This document shows, piece by piece, positions 38,815-51,152 of a stretch of 64,000 nt of DNA. A program made the position numbers and the translations under genes. The stretch comes from Trypanosoma brucei (taxonomy: Eukaryota). Under the pieces are notes generated by a model that did not search any database, was not told the DNA's origin, and saw nothing but the letters and a program-made list of their open reading frames with translations. Numbering within the stretch: the stretch's first letter is position 1; each line of letters starts with the position of its first letter. The stretch covers positions 2,848,001 to 2,912,000 of the forward strand of contig CM000207.1 of NCBI GenBank assembly GCA_000002445.1, read 5' to 3'.

Positions 38815-39030
38815 ACTCTTATTATAATATTAGTATATACACACTCACAAAAAACACTCTCCTATCATTATCCTTATCCTTATCATTATTATTATTATTA
38901 TTATTGTTATTATTATTGCTGTTTTTATTATCATCCTCACTATTGCTGTTACAATAACTGTTATAACCACAGATTATGTTCATAAATTAACAAAATACGC
39001 AAAATAAAGAAAAAAGTAAAATTATCGAGC
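38815..39030 (-). repeat. 70-bp repeat region (about 3 units with expanded TTA-triplet runs)
   Basis: attataatattagtatatacacactcacaaaaaacactctcctatcattatccttatccttatcattattattattattattattgttattattattgctg... Confidence 0.85.
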
Positions 39031-39138
39031 CCTATTATCAAACTATACAGGTACGGACTTTCACCATACATTTGTTACTACAATTTCATATTTTTAAAAT
39101 TTTCAAATTTTCAAAAATTTAAAAAGATTGGACAAACA

Positions 39139-39154
39139 GTGTTAAAATATATCA
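39139..39154 (-). promoter_or_regulatory. VSG 3'UTR 16-mer (perfect)
   Basis: gtgttaaaatatatca is an exact reverse complement of TGATATATTTTAACAC, about 100 nt below the stop at 39255. Confidence 0.85.
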
Positions 39155-39254
39155 AATTTTACAAAATTTATTAAATTCTTTAAAAATAAAAAATTATATA
39201 TATATTTTACTATTTCCATCAATTTCAGCGATAATACTTAGAATTTTAGAATTT

Positions 39255-40801
39255 TAACATGCTATCAAACTATTAAAAGCATAACTCAGAGCAAACTTCT
39301 TTTCGACGAGAAAACTATCATTTCTGCACATTTCTGTATCCTTGTCGGGGTCGCTATAACCTCCCTTTTTCAAGCAGTAATGCTTTTTGCCATCTTTGTT
39401 TATAGGTTCGCAAGCTTGCTGAGTGGTAAATTTACTGAAATCAGGTTTCCCATTATTTTCTCCTACCTTTTATGTTTCTTTGTTCGTTTTGACAACTGGA
39501 CTTTTTGGATCTTCTTCGCATGCTTTGCTTGTTTCATTATATTTGCAGCCCACTTCGGGTTTGCAGTCTTGTGGGTTTGCTATCTTTTTGCAGTCTGTCT
39601 CTTTTATTTCTTGTTTTTTGCTGCTAATGGATGCTTCTTGTTTAAGCTTTGCAATACCCTCAGCGGCTTTCCACTCGTAATAGGTAAGAATGTCATTTAA
39701 TGTCTGCAGGTTGTCGATGCTGCCTAATGGTGTATCTTTTGTCAAGCCGGCCACACCTTGAGGAATTATTTCACTGTTTAGTTCTGCTTCAGTATCGTCG
39801 ATTTTCTCCTTTTCATCTGCTCCAAATACGGCTTTCAGGGTTTCGCTGGCGCTGTTTGGCTCCGGAGTATTCCCAAGTTTCTTAATTGTGGCCTGAGCCG
39901 CGTTGAAAAGGGCGGTTCTATCAGATGGTTTGCCAGTTTGATTTGTGATCCTGCTGTCCGAGGCCTTCAGTATTTTGGCCGTGGCGTCGTGTGCCATTGC
40001 CCATGGTTTTGTAGCTTCGTTTTCTAGATCTATCAGCTGCGCAGCCTCCGCTGTTGTTGGCGGTGTGTCGGTATTTTTTATTTCCAGGTAGCCGCCGAGT
40101 ATTGAAAATGCCACGGGCTGGCTGCTTGCGTGACTGAAGCCGTTGCTATTGTGGGCGACTAGCAGTTTGCACTCTTGTGTCCCGCCTGAGCCCGTAATGG
40201 TGTTGCCGCCGCTTTGGTCGTGGACCAATTTCTGGAACCCCGTGTCTGTTATGTATTACCTGGTTGTGGACTTTGCGTTCGGCTCTGGCGGCTGCAAGCC
40301 GCACGGTGTGTCGCCTATAGAATTGCCTTGCCGTGCGGGCGCCTGTGATCCAGTCGAAGCTACTAGTAAACAACCATTGTGTGCTGAATCCGTTTTTTCC
40401 AGCATGTGTAAAAAGTCATCCAGTCTGCCTTTGAGATACGCTGTCGACGATGCTGCTTTGATGTACGAAGGCAGGCCTTCTGTTGTTAGTGTTTGTAGTG
40501 CCGAGTCAGCCCTTGATGCAAAATAGTTTTGAAGAAGTATCAACTTTTTGATTGGCTTGCTGAGAATGTTCTTGGATACGAATATCTGGGTGCGTTTGGC
40601 TGCCGACATGTGATTGAGTATGGCGGCTGTCGTCTGGGTGCCTTCGTTGAGAGCCTCACTGCTCACGCTGCCCGCTTCTTCGCTTACGCCGCACAACGGT
40701 TTCCACACATTCGCATTGAGACCTTTACCGGCTGCCGCGTTTGCTTGGTTCCACAGCTCAGCGCTTAGTGACATCATCAGGACTAAAAGTGTTTGCCGCA
40801 T
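39255..40801 (-). pseudogene. VSG: VSG pseudogene (B-type N-domain; frameshifts)
   Basis: ORF 40256..40801 has signal peptide MRQTLLVLMMSLSAELWNQANA plus a B-type N-domain. ORF 39470..40228 is the rest of the N-domain and a CTD (CKKIANPQDCKPEVGCKYNETSKACEED) in another frame. The GPI tail DSFLVEKKFALSYAFNSLIAC* ends at 39255 in a third frame. Confidence 0.75.
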
Positions 40802-40870
40802 CCTCTACTTCTGCACTGCCTTTTTAATAATATTATCTGCTTTTTGCTGTTTTTGCTCTGCTTTCATTTA

Positions 40871-40884
40871 ATATATATATATAT
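40871..40884. repeat. (AT)7 microsatellite
   Basis: atatatatatatat seen directly. Confidence 0.85.
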
Positions 40885-41854
40885 TTTTGCAGGTATAGAC
40901 AGATATTCATGCGTGTGTCTATGACGTTACTCTCGTGTCGACACACAAACTGTGCTGTCATTCAGGTGGTTGTTTCGATTACCTGGCGCGCTTTAAATTT
41001 GGGTTCGTGGTGTCTGTGCGGCGTGCATAGTACAGCACATAAACTATGAATTTATTCACGTTTACTTTTAGAAAATATTGCATACGGAACAGTCGTCCAT
41101 TTCCAACAATTTTTGGGATTAGGTTGTTGAGACCTTGATTCAGTCATTCATACCTCGGAAATTTCTTATTTCATTGAAAATTAAGATTTATGAGTTATTT
41201 CTTTTAATATTTTTTCTCTTGCTTCAGAATACCTTTAAGTACCTCTGCTGAAATTTTGAAATCACTCTCATCCAGCCACATTTCTTCTTTTTTGTTAGCC
41301 AGGTGTTTCTAACGACATCAAATAACCGCTAAATACTCTTTTTATCGTCCAAAGACATTGTATTTGCAAATAGGAATAACGATCTGTCATCGGACAAAAA
41401 GCGACAGCCTCCGGAATATACAATGTGACAGCTGTCATTTTTAAATGAAATATCGAGTAAAATTTACTCCTCTATCATTTTATTCTCCTCTTAGGTTTGT
41501 TCCGTTTCCAGTCGGTTCACTCTGTGTCTTCCTCCATTGTCTTATACTGCCTTTACTGCAGCAACTACATTAGTAGTCCCATCTTTCTTTTATAATAGAT
41601 TCTCTCTCTAGCATATTGTTCCCTATGTTCCCTCCGCATGCATAATGGCACCCCTCCATGTTTGTGGATGAGCCAGCGCACCTGCCATTTCCATCCCTTA
41701 ACCTCTGTCCCCTTGAATTTCATCCCATACTATAACTCTTGTTTGATGTAACATTCACTTTCTTCCACACTTCACATTTAGCTTCACTGCGAGATTTCCA
41801 GTCTTCAAGTGCTTTTGTTTTGCTGAGTCATTGGGACGTCACCACCACTCTTCT

Positions 41855-42030
41855 CACAATATTCGTATATTCACACTCACAACACTCCACTATCATTATC
41901 ATTATTATTATTATTATTACTGCTCTTATTATAATATCCGTATACACACACTCACAAGACTTTCCTATCATTATTATTATTATTAACCTAACTAATTCTT
42001 ATGTAATAAACTAAATTAGAAGATATTAAT
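41855..42030 (-). repeat. 70-bp repeat region (2 units)
   Basis: cacaatattcgtatattcacactcacaacactccactatcattatcattattattattattattactgctcttattataatatccgtatacacacactcacaagactttcctatcattattattattatt. Confidence 0.9.
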
Positions 42031-42224
42031 AATAGAATTGATTTGCAGTTCCATATCACCTTTTTATGTCATGTGCATTTTCCACCGTCACATACAATTT
42101 GCTAAAAAAATTATATTTTTATATTTTTCAAAATTTCACATTTCATCAAAAAGTATCAAAATATATTAAATTCTATAAATCGTAAAAAATTCTTAAAAAA
42201 AAATGTTTAAATTCTAAAATTCTA

Positions 42225-43750
42225 CTTTAAACAGAAAAGAAGCAGCAATCAGAGAAAATTTTTTTTTACAAGGAAACTAAAATTTAGGCACATTTACTTA
42301 TGTTGATTATGTTCACCACCTCTTCTTTTCCTAAATGAACAATCTTTTTGTCATCTGTTTTATCAGCGAGACAAGCCTCCATGATTTTGTGCCTTGCACA
42401 CCCGATTGTAGTTGTTGCACCTCCTTCTTTTGCTGCTTGTTTGCCTTCCTCACTCAATGTGCACTTTTTCTTCTCATCTTTTGCTTCGGCGTTCCACTTG
42501 CATGTTTTTTGGCACTCTTTATCTGACTCTTTTTTGTTGCACTCTGTTTCTTTCGAGTCGATGCTTTGTTGTGTTGTTACTGGTTTGTCGGAGCTGCCTA
42601 GAGTCTTTGTGGCATTGGTTGTTTTGGTAATTCCCGTTTGAATACGGCTGCGAGCGCATCGTTTGCGATTTTTTGTTGCTCTGCTGCTCGTGTCGCCGTT
42701 TCTTTGTGGGCGTCGATTGTTTTCATTACGCTTAGGGCGTCAAGCAATTTGTCTGCACACGGTATTGTTCTCACGCATTTGTGAGCTGTTGTGAATGGTG
42801 TCGAGTAATCTACACAAGCTGAGTTAGTTTTGTCGCAGCCGCTGTCACCATCGAGCTTTCCTAGAATGATTTTCATGTCGCTACTGCCGGTTTTCGCCAC
42901 CCCTAGCCTGGCTTGGAATGCCGCGAGGGCCGCTGCAAATAGCGTGTCAGCTTCGTTTGGCTCAGGGTCAGAGCCGCATTCCTTAATAAATTTTGTGTTC
43001 GCCTCCGCCTTGAAATTGTTGTCGTTCATCGCTAGTGAACCTGGATCGGCGCCGATGCATTCGTCTGCGTTGGCGTTGTTGCAGAGGCATGTGATGTCAA
43101 GTTGTAGGCTCGTCCCCGCATTTGCTGCGGTACAGACTGCCGTCTTTGATGTAGTGTCGCCCGTGATTTGGTCGCATTCACCTGTTTGTTTGTTTGGTTG
43201 AAGCGGCGCTGTGCAAAGAGCGGCGTCGAACAGGTCTCTTAGCCGGTTAACGGCTGCTTTTCCATTTGATTGCGGCATTGCTGTCGTTGTGGCGCCGAGC
43301 TATGTCGCTTGAGCGGCCGTTTCGTTGACGTACCCTCTGACATAGTGTTTGAACGCGTTGTCGGTGGGCAGCTGTCGCGTTTTTGCCCAGTCCGTGTTAG
43401 AATTTTTTGTTGCCTCTTTTTGTTGCTCCCACAGTGGCCACTCTTTCTGCCAGTCTATTGTTCCGAGCGATGTGCCCTTTGCCTTCTTGAGAGCATCCAA
43501 GCCCGCGTCTTTTTCTGTTTTGCCAAACAAATTCCGCCACTCGTCTGCAGCTACTGACATATTATAATTCAGAATATCTGTTAGGTCAGTACGTAACTGA
43601 GGTGCCTCGTACGTTACTTTCCTGAGCGCCCTTACTGCTGTATATACACGGCAAAGTGCCAGAAAATCTGCTTGGTTGTCGCCGGCCGCTAATGAAGTAT
43701 GCCTGATAACTTCCAAACGACTGCTGCTATTTGTATGAGAAGAACCTTCA
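42225..43750 (-). pseudogene. VSG: VSG pseudogene (B-type; signal peptide out of frame)
   Basis: ORF 43300..43716 is a B-type N-domain (ADFLALCRVYTAVRAL...) lacking a signal peptide. MKVLLIQIAAVVWKLSGILH* lies in another frame with its ATG at 43748-43750. ORF 42598..43278 is the Cys-rich N-domain remainder. A degenerate GPI segment near 42225-42300 (FSFLVKKNF..) is frameshifted. Confidence 0.7.
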
Positions 43751-43862
43751 TCGTCTTTATGACTACATTCAAAAATGGGAGAATATTTCTTGCGTTGTAA
43801 GTCAGTTTATTGAAATGTCTGATGCTTTTTTTGCCATCTTTCACATGGTTATGTTGCTTCTG

Positions 43863-44760
43863 TCAGCAATTGTCATCCATAATTCGGTCACAGTGGTGAC
43901 AGCGGTGCGCTTTTGCTGCTTGTCTACAACTTCTTAGCTCTAAAAAGATCCCCTTCTTTACACGCATCACCACAAATAGTTCCATACACAAATCCAAATT
44001 TTCTCCAGATACTGCATATGCTTGCAGCTTCCTAAGAGTGTGATTCGCATTAAATTGCTTTCTTTCCCACTCTATATACCAATTAAGGTTGGATACGATC
44101 TTTTTAGAATTTGCCTCCCAGGTTAACTCATGTCCTAGAAAGTGAAGAAACGCAGGTTTTCTGAGCGAAGTTTCGTAAGGAACTGAGAAAAACTGCTCTT
44201 TATAATCCAGACCTATCAGCCCTCCTTGCAAAACGAATCTACTGCTGACATTCTCTTCACGTTCCACACTTCACAACAACAAGGGAATATAAATGCTTTT
44301 TTGGACCACCATTCGTCAGCCACTGCAAGAACTTTATCGAAGGCGGCTTTAAACCTCTTAAATGCCCGAACTCGTGCTATTAAATTACCGCTCCAGAGGT
44401 ATGGCTTCCCTGTGTCGTGAAATTTTAGTAGAGGCGGTAGGACTTTCTCTTCTTCTGTCTTGCTTGTCATCTCAAAAAACCACCGACAACGTTCTTTATG
44501 TTCTTTGTAATCAGAATAAACTATCAAGTCCAACTGAGGTTCATAATACTCAGCTGTCGTCATGAATAGAATCGGAGAAATTTGTTTGTCTTTAACGACA
44601 CCCTCCTCACTAAATTTATCTTCATTATCATCAGTATTTTGTATAAAATATTTACTGCACTCTCATACTTCTCTTTCCATCAGAAACAATAACATAAGAT
44701 CCGTCAACAGTCATTACAATATTATCATCACTTACATTCTGTCTTTCCAAAAACTCCATA
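43863..44760 (-). pseudogene. Non-VSG ORF fragments of unknown identity (frameshifted; about 300 codons in 3 frames)
   Basis: Minus-strand ORFs 44216..44563 (…LPPLLKFHDTGKPYLWSGNLIARVRAFKRFKAAFDKVLAVADEWWSKKAFIFPCCCEVWN…) and 43863..44267 (…FLHFLGHELTWEANSKKIVSNLNWYIEWERKQF…HRCHHCDRIMDDNC) overlap by 52 nt. A further piece upstream, about 44580-44760, reads MGGLYSHVKRLIWVMEFLERQNVSDDNIVMTVDGSYVIVSDGK. Composition is coding-like, unlike other cassette upstream regions. There are no VSG hallmarks and I do not recognise the family. Confidence 0.4.
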
Positions 44761-45417
44761 ACCCATATAAGCCTTTTTACATGACTATACAAACCTCCCA
44801 TAGCAATTGTAATAATTTCAACATGAGCTCACTTAATCGTTAAGAGATATTGAGCTTAAGAACACTAAATATAATTACAGCAGTAGTAGTAACATTTTCA
44901 AGACATCTAATTTTAAGACTTAAATCACCTATAAACTTTGATATTGTTATATAGGAAACAGAGAAAATTGGAGAAGACTATACAAAAAATTCGAAAAAAA
45001 GGAAAGATATCAGTTCCGCAACTGTAGTTTCTTTTCAAAGAAACTGTGTTCACATATACAAATAATGCCTTAGCATTGTTATGATGCAGCTGGATGTGGT
45101 TACTTTTTAAGTGTATACAGATCATCTTTCGCACGAATCCATCTTTTTTCTTTTAGAAGTTAGCATCACTCATACATACTGTTTCGCGCTATGTTTATTC
45201 CGCTTTTCCTTGCATTCCACATAATCCACTCAGTTTGCTATAGAGATTGCAGTAACTACTTGCACACGAAGGTTAAGATATACTAAGAATTTTATTAACT
45301 TTCTCCGATAACTAACCTGACCGTCCAGTTTCGTTAGAAGATACCTATAACAGTAGCTTTAAAAATAATTTATTACCATTGAACCCTTCCACCGTTTTAA
45401 GTGCTTCTATTTCTTTC

Positions 45418-45555
45418 CACTACAATTACTATCATTACTGCTCTCATTATAATATTAAAATAGTCACACTCAAAACATACTATTGCTATCACTATATGAA
45501 TACCCTAATTAATATTCATGATGCAAAAATAACCAAATTAAAATGGCACACATTT
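45418..45555 (-). repeat. 70-bp repeat region
   Basis: ctatcattactgctctcattataatattaaaatagtcacactcaaaacatactattgctatcactat. Confidence 0.8.
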
Positions 45556-45744
45556 TTCATATTCTGTAACATTATTTATTTATACCAATAGGTCACTGTC
45601 ATACCAAAATTTCATATTTTATAGTTTTTCAAAATTTTACTAATTACCATATATTTATGGAAAAGATTTTTAATATATCAAATTTTAGAAAATTCTTTCG
45701 GGAAGTATAGTTTCATAGGTTTTCATAAAATTGAGGAAAGCTGC

Positions 45745-47153
45745 TTAGAATGCAGCCAAAACTAACGCAGCAAATACCTGAGGAACAGAACCTCTCAAGT
45801 TGCTGGAAACCGACTTTTCATCTTTCTTTTCAGTATCAACTTTGGGAAAGCATCTTTAACCTCAGATTTTTTCTCATCAAAATCACAACCTTTTTCTTCT
45901 TTGCAGGGTTTCTGTGTTGTATGCTTTTTGCACTCGTCTACAGCTTTTGTTTCTTTCTTTTCTGTTTTTCCTTTCACTTCCTCGCTGCTGGTGTCGCATT
46001 TCGGTACTGCGGGTGGTGAAGTTCCCAAAGCCACAGCCAATGCAACGCCCAGATGGTTATCCTCTTCTAGTTTCTTCAAGTTTTCAGTTGTTGCTTTTTT
46101 CGACTCGTAGTAAGTTGCCGTTTGTTTTTCCGCGTCCTGCCAAACCTGTTTGTTGAAGGTATCTTGGTCGCCGCCGAAAATTTTGTTGATTTCGTCATCT
46201 ACTTTTGATGTCAGTGTCCCAGTTATCTCTGTCTCGGCTGGCATTGCGAGTAGCAGTCTCTCTACAAGGTTGAAAAACTGGGGGTGCCCTGTGCAGCTTT
46301 CTCGCACATGGGCTTCTGGGATATTGGTGAGTGCTGAGACGGCGGCGGATATGACTGTATGGTTTTCGTCCAGTTTGTCTTTGTCCACTCCGGTTAGTTT
46401 GATAGTGCCGGCGATTGGAATCTTCGCTGTTGTCCAGCTTTGTGGGCCGCTTGTTGCGGGCGGTGCTGTGTTGTGGTCTATGTTTAGCGTTACAGTGAAG
46501 ATGTCGGTGGCGCTTGTGCCGCTGCACGCCACACCGCTTTTCGTGCACACGTGGCTTAATTTGAATCCGAGTTGTGGTTTCCTTAGCCCTTGTCCTTTTG
46601 CTAATGTTTCCACCGATATCGGCGGTGTGTCTTCAGCTGTTTTCGTTGTACACCCGGCTTCGACGTTTGCCGTCAGGCTTGACGTTGTGTACACCGCGTC
46701 GCCGTAATGGGTGTTGGCGCTGGCGCCCGGTGTCACCGTGTACGTTTTTCCGCTCTGCGGTGCCCTCACTTCAGCGTCGTACCCGCTGTACAGCGTGGTT
46801 ACGAGTTTCAGATAGTGTCGGACAATCGGGCTGTTTTGGCTTAATAGTCCCGTCCAGCCGACTGCGCTATCCTGTGCTATGCCCGCTAATATCGCAAATT
46901 TGGCCTTTTGTATTCCGGAGGTCACTGCCGCGGCAACAGTTAGCTTTTCTGCTGCTTATGCCGACTCCGTCACTCTGCCTGCTGCCGTGTCTAGCAAGCC
47001 GCTTAGGTACTTTATCAGTTCCTGTGCTCGGTGCCTGCAGTTGCAGGGGTTGGTGCAATCCGTGCGTTTTTCTGCCGGCTTTGTTGCCACCGCAGCTTGG
47101 CCTAAGGTTGCAGCGCACGCAACAAGAATAATGCTTGTCAACAAATAGCACAT
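45745..47153 (-). pseudogene. VSG: VSG pseudogene (2 frameshifts: one near N-terminus, one about 20 codons from the C-terminus)
   Basis: ORF 46956..47153 has signal peptide MCYLLTSIILVACAATLGQAAVA. ORF 45795..46925 (376 aa) carries the N-domain plus CTD in another frame and ends …KDAFPKLILKRKMKSRFPAT*. A 1-nt shift restores …AFPKVDTEKKDEKSVSSNLRGSVPQVFAALVLAAF* with its stop at 45745-45747. Same CTD family as 13060..14523. Confidence 0.8.
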
Positions 47154-49404
47154 GTAGTTCTTTAAATGTATCCCTTGATGATTACGTCCACAGTGGTGTC
47201 TGATCTTTAACTAGACTGGAAGCCGAGTTAGTATGCAGTAATTCACCTATATTTTTGTATCTTTCTAGGTTTGTTTTAGCGTAAATTTTTGGTTTTTATC
47301 GACTGGTTAATTTCTTGTCGCAGATTAGCTTCCATTTTTAGCTACTTCTTTTTGATGCTGCTTGCGGTGAATATTGGATAATTTTGTCTGTTTTTTGTAG
47401 TGTTATATCGCCGGCATACTCTGAGGCTTCGGATTTTTGTCTCCATGGACCTGCTTGTTTGGGGCTAGTCAGTTTGATGCTCGCCACCTTGTAGTTCACT
47501 GGCGACTGCGTCACCGTTTGTGCTATATCGTTTGTGTTTGAGCTCTGTGTTCCTTATTCACTGTTATTTGAGAAACCTGAGAAGTTGTTGGTTCCGACGT
47601 ATGGCGAATTTCCTGCCATGACTGATTTTGTCGTTTGCAGTCTCACCGTGAGCGTCTGTTTCAAAATGGTCCCCTCTCCTCTGAGAAGAAACTTTTCCCA
47701 AAATTACGTCTTTTTGCCTTCATTTTTAGCTTTTTCTTTGCCTACATTTTTTGTAAGATAATTTTGTAACTAGCGTCAGTTTTTGTGGCACATAGAGTTG
47801 TCTGATTGGACCGCCAGGTTAACAGGTTGCTTTTTGTTTTTTCAGTTGCCGCCGGTTTTTCGTTGTCCGTCGTTGTTTGAGCACTTCCATTGATAGTTTT
47901 GTGCGAAGTGAGTTTTTCCGCATGTCCTGCCGCATCTCTTATCGTTTGTGATCACTTTTTCTGAGGAAGGTGCCGTTTTGACGGTATTTTGTGTCTTGTA
48001 AGCTGCCAGTGTGTTGTATTCTCCGTTTTGGTTTGTTGCTAGTCGCGTCGTCGTTTCCAGATTAAAGAGACGTAAAGCGTTGGATGTTGTCGCTGCGGCT
48101 TCTCTTTAAGTTGGCAACGGGGAAGCGGAGTCTAGTAGCTTGTTCGCGTGCCGGATTTCCGTACAAAAGTCACTCGCAGCTGTTTCTTCCGTTGACCTTC
48201 CTACATCGCTGATGGTTAATAACGGAATAAAAATTATCGCTAATTGCGGATACCGTTGGTGGAACCTTTTTTGTAGTTTGTTATTTGCTAGTGTTCTTCT
48301 TCGTCTGTCGATCCTGATGATTTCTTTCCTACTTTCTTACTTTTTATGGGGCTTATTTCTGAATACTGGTTGTCGTTTTTACACAACAGCTGAATGGTGC
48401 GCCCACGGGCCTATCGTCTTGAATGTTTAGTAGTACCAAAGCAGGGCTATATTATGATCTTCTTCGGCTGCTGATGTGTAGATATGAGATGAATTGTGTT
48501 TCAGGATATTGGGTTTGCCGTTCAGCTTCTGATTGTGGCATGTTAATCTGTCGTATTACCGTATTGATTAATATTAGTTCTGCTAGCAGCTAACTAGACG
48601 CTGGTGACCCCTCTTCGATGTTTATCTCCTGCTTGATACTCTTGAGCCGCCGTCATTTGCGGCGTCTTTTAGGCCTAAGCTTGCGATAATCTTTTTCCGA
48701 GAAAGTCTTTGTGGTCTGGCTCGAGCCTCACACACAAGTCTTTAGGTTGTGCTTTGTGTCTTCGGTATATTGAATAGCAACTTCCACAGGACAATATTAC
48801 TATGTTTGTAAGAGTTTTTTTACAGTGATATCCTTTTTTTCTAAAATTACATTTATGCTCCTTCCTTATATGCTCTTCTAGCCGCCCCACCCGTAGAAAA
48901 CACACATTAAATCTATGAAGTGACACCCTTCATCAGCTAGCGGTTCATATCACGATTTGCAATCATAATAAAAACTACAGGGGTACACAATGTGCAATGC
49001 TGCATATATCAATTTTTGAGTAAAATAAGGATCATTATTGTCTCCTGCCCATCTTCTTAATAATGTATTATTTTCCTTTCTTTCTATTTTGTCGTTTCAT
49101 TCATATTTTTTATCTTCTTTTTCTCTCCAGCTCCTTTTTTTCGAAACATATAGCTAACTCGCTTTGTATGTACACTAGATTTTGTCTTTACATTGTTATT
49201 CACTCAATCATCTTGTCGTATATGATAATACCCATTGTCATGTTTTTGACAAATGGTATACTTTATATTCATATCTTCCTCTCTGTCTTTCTGCATCCCT
49301 GTTTATAATATTCCTTGTGCTCTCCCTTTTTCAATCACTGATTTTCTTTTAACCCTCATCATAATTTTAAATGTCTCTACTTTTGCTGTTCATTCGTATT
49401 TTCC

Positions 49405-49550
49405 ACCACTATTATCATGAAATTAGTATATACACAATTATGATACTCTCATATCATCATGACAATTATTATTATTATTATTTTAACCTTAACTACTATC
49501 CATAAAATGAACAATACAAACTAACTTAGAATACCAATCATTTTTCACAC
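49405..49550 (-). repeat. 70-bp repeat region
   Basis: aaattagtatatacacaattatgatactctcatatcatcatgacaattattattattattatttt. Confidence 0.75.
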
Positions 49551-49762
49551 CGTATTACGCTACTTTTCTACACATTCACCGCTATAATGCACGGTTTACT
49601 AAACTTTTATACCTTAAAATAACTTTGAATTTCCACTAATTTGTACATTTTCATGAAAAACTGTAAAAATGAATCAAATATAGCAATTTTATAAAATGTT
49701 CTCTAAATCACAAATTACATAATTTTCATAAAATTTGTCAAAACATCCTTTATGATATTTAA

Positions 49763-51152
49763 TCATAGAAATAAGTCGAGAAAAAGAGGAGCCTTAACGA
49801 CAAAAGAACTGTTACCTGTGGTGTTAGTGTTTTTTTCTTCCTTCTCCCTTTACTTTTATCGTATCTTTAAGTTCGCACTTTCCGTCTTTGTGTTCGCAAT
49901 CTTTGTCCTCTGTGCATTTAGTTGCTTCAGTGTTTTCCTTGCATTTTTCTGTTGATGACTTGATTTGTGTCTCGCTGCTTTTTCCCTGACCTTGTGGGTA
50001 GTTCTGTGTCCTCTGAAATTTTGAAAAGCCGCTTGCTACAGCTGCTGCTGCTTGAGTGTCTCCGTTCAGCTGTGATATGTCGACAGTCTGGTCGTCTTTT
50101 CCACTGTAGTACGTCGCTTTTGTTTTTTCTATTGCTTGCCATATCTTGGTTTGAAACTCTGTCCAATCTTCTTTGCCATAGTATTTCCGGAGCGCTGCGT
50201 CGAGTGCCGCTTTGCTGGTTCCGGTTAGATCTGATACCGGCTTGTCGCTGACAGCTGTTCGGTACACCAGTGTATTGAAGTCACTTGAGGCCGTGTATGT
50301 TTCTAGGGCTGTGAGGTCTCTGTGGCTCAGTAACGCCGCAGCTGCCTGAAATGCTGCGCTGTGCTTGGCTTGTAGTTCTGACGTTGTCAAATGTGACAGC
50401 TTGATGTTAGTTATGCCTATTTTTTGGTGGATTTTCCCGGTTATTTGTCCGCCCGCATGTGTGCTGGTTGTGTGCTTGAAGTGAGCGCCGATCGTTACTT
50501 TGTCGCTTGCTACGTTGTTGCAGGCGCCACTGCCCCCTTGGTTCGTGCACTTTAGTGTTGTTTCCATTGTCAGTTCAGTTACCTCGATTCCCTGATCGAA
50601 AGTGAAGACTAAGTCCTCGATCGGTGTTTTGTCATCGTCTTCCGTGTTCCCGCAGCTGCTTCGCGTTTTCTTGTTGTGGTTGTTAGCTGCAAACGTGGCA
50701 CTTACTAGCGCCGAAACTGCAGCTTGCGTTATAACAGCAACGTCGTACGCGGCAGCTACATAATTGAGTTGGTCGTATAGTACAGCTACTTCCTTTAGGC
50801 GTTGCAGGTGATCTTTAACTTTGGGGAGTCGTGTTTCGACCGTCCTTGCGTACTGTGCTGCTTTCGTGACTGCTGTCGCTAGCAGGGGTGTTAATGCTCT
50901 TTTCAGCTCTTTGTTTCCGTCTGCAATTCCCAGTAAGAGTTTTTCGATTGTGGCGGCGTCCTTTTGTAAATTCTTTGGTGCCGCTTCAGCTGCAGCTCTC
51001 AGCCTGTCTGCGAGTTGAGCTATTCGTGCAAGGCACTTGCACGGACAGCCGCACTGCTCTCGGGCAGCTGATTGTTTTACTGCGCTTGCCGTTGGTGCTC
51101 CGAGCAGCCACACCGTGTACAGTATGATTGGTGTCGGTTTCGGTGCGTTCAT
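49763..51152 (-). pseudogene. VSG: VSG, near-intact (single frameshift about 25 codons from the C-terminus)
   Basis: 442-aa ORF 49824..51152 with signal peptide MNAPKPTPIILYTVWLLGAPTASA, a full N-domain and CTD, ends …KGEGRKKH*. A shifted frame gives EKNTNTTGNSSFVVKAPLFLDLFL* ending at 49763-49765, matching the …TNTTGSNSFVIHKESVVHAFLLL family of 9146. Confidence 0.8.
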
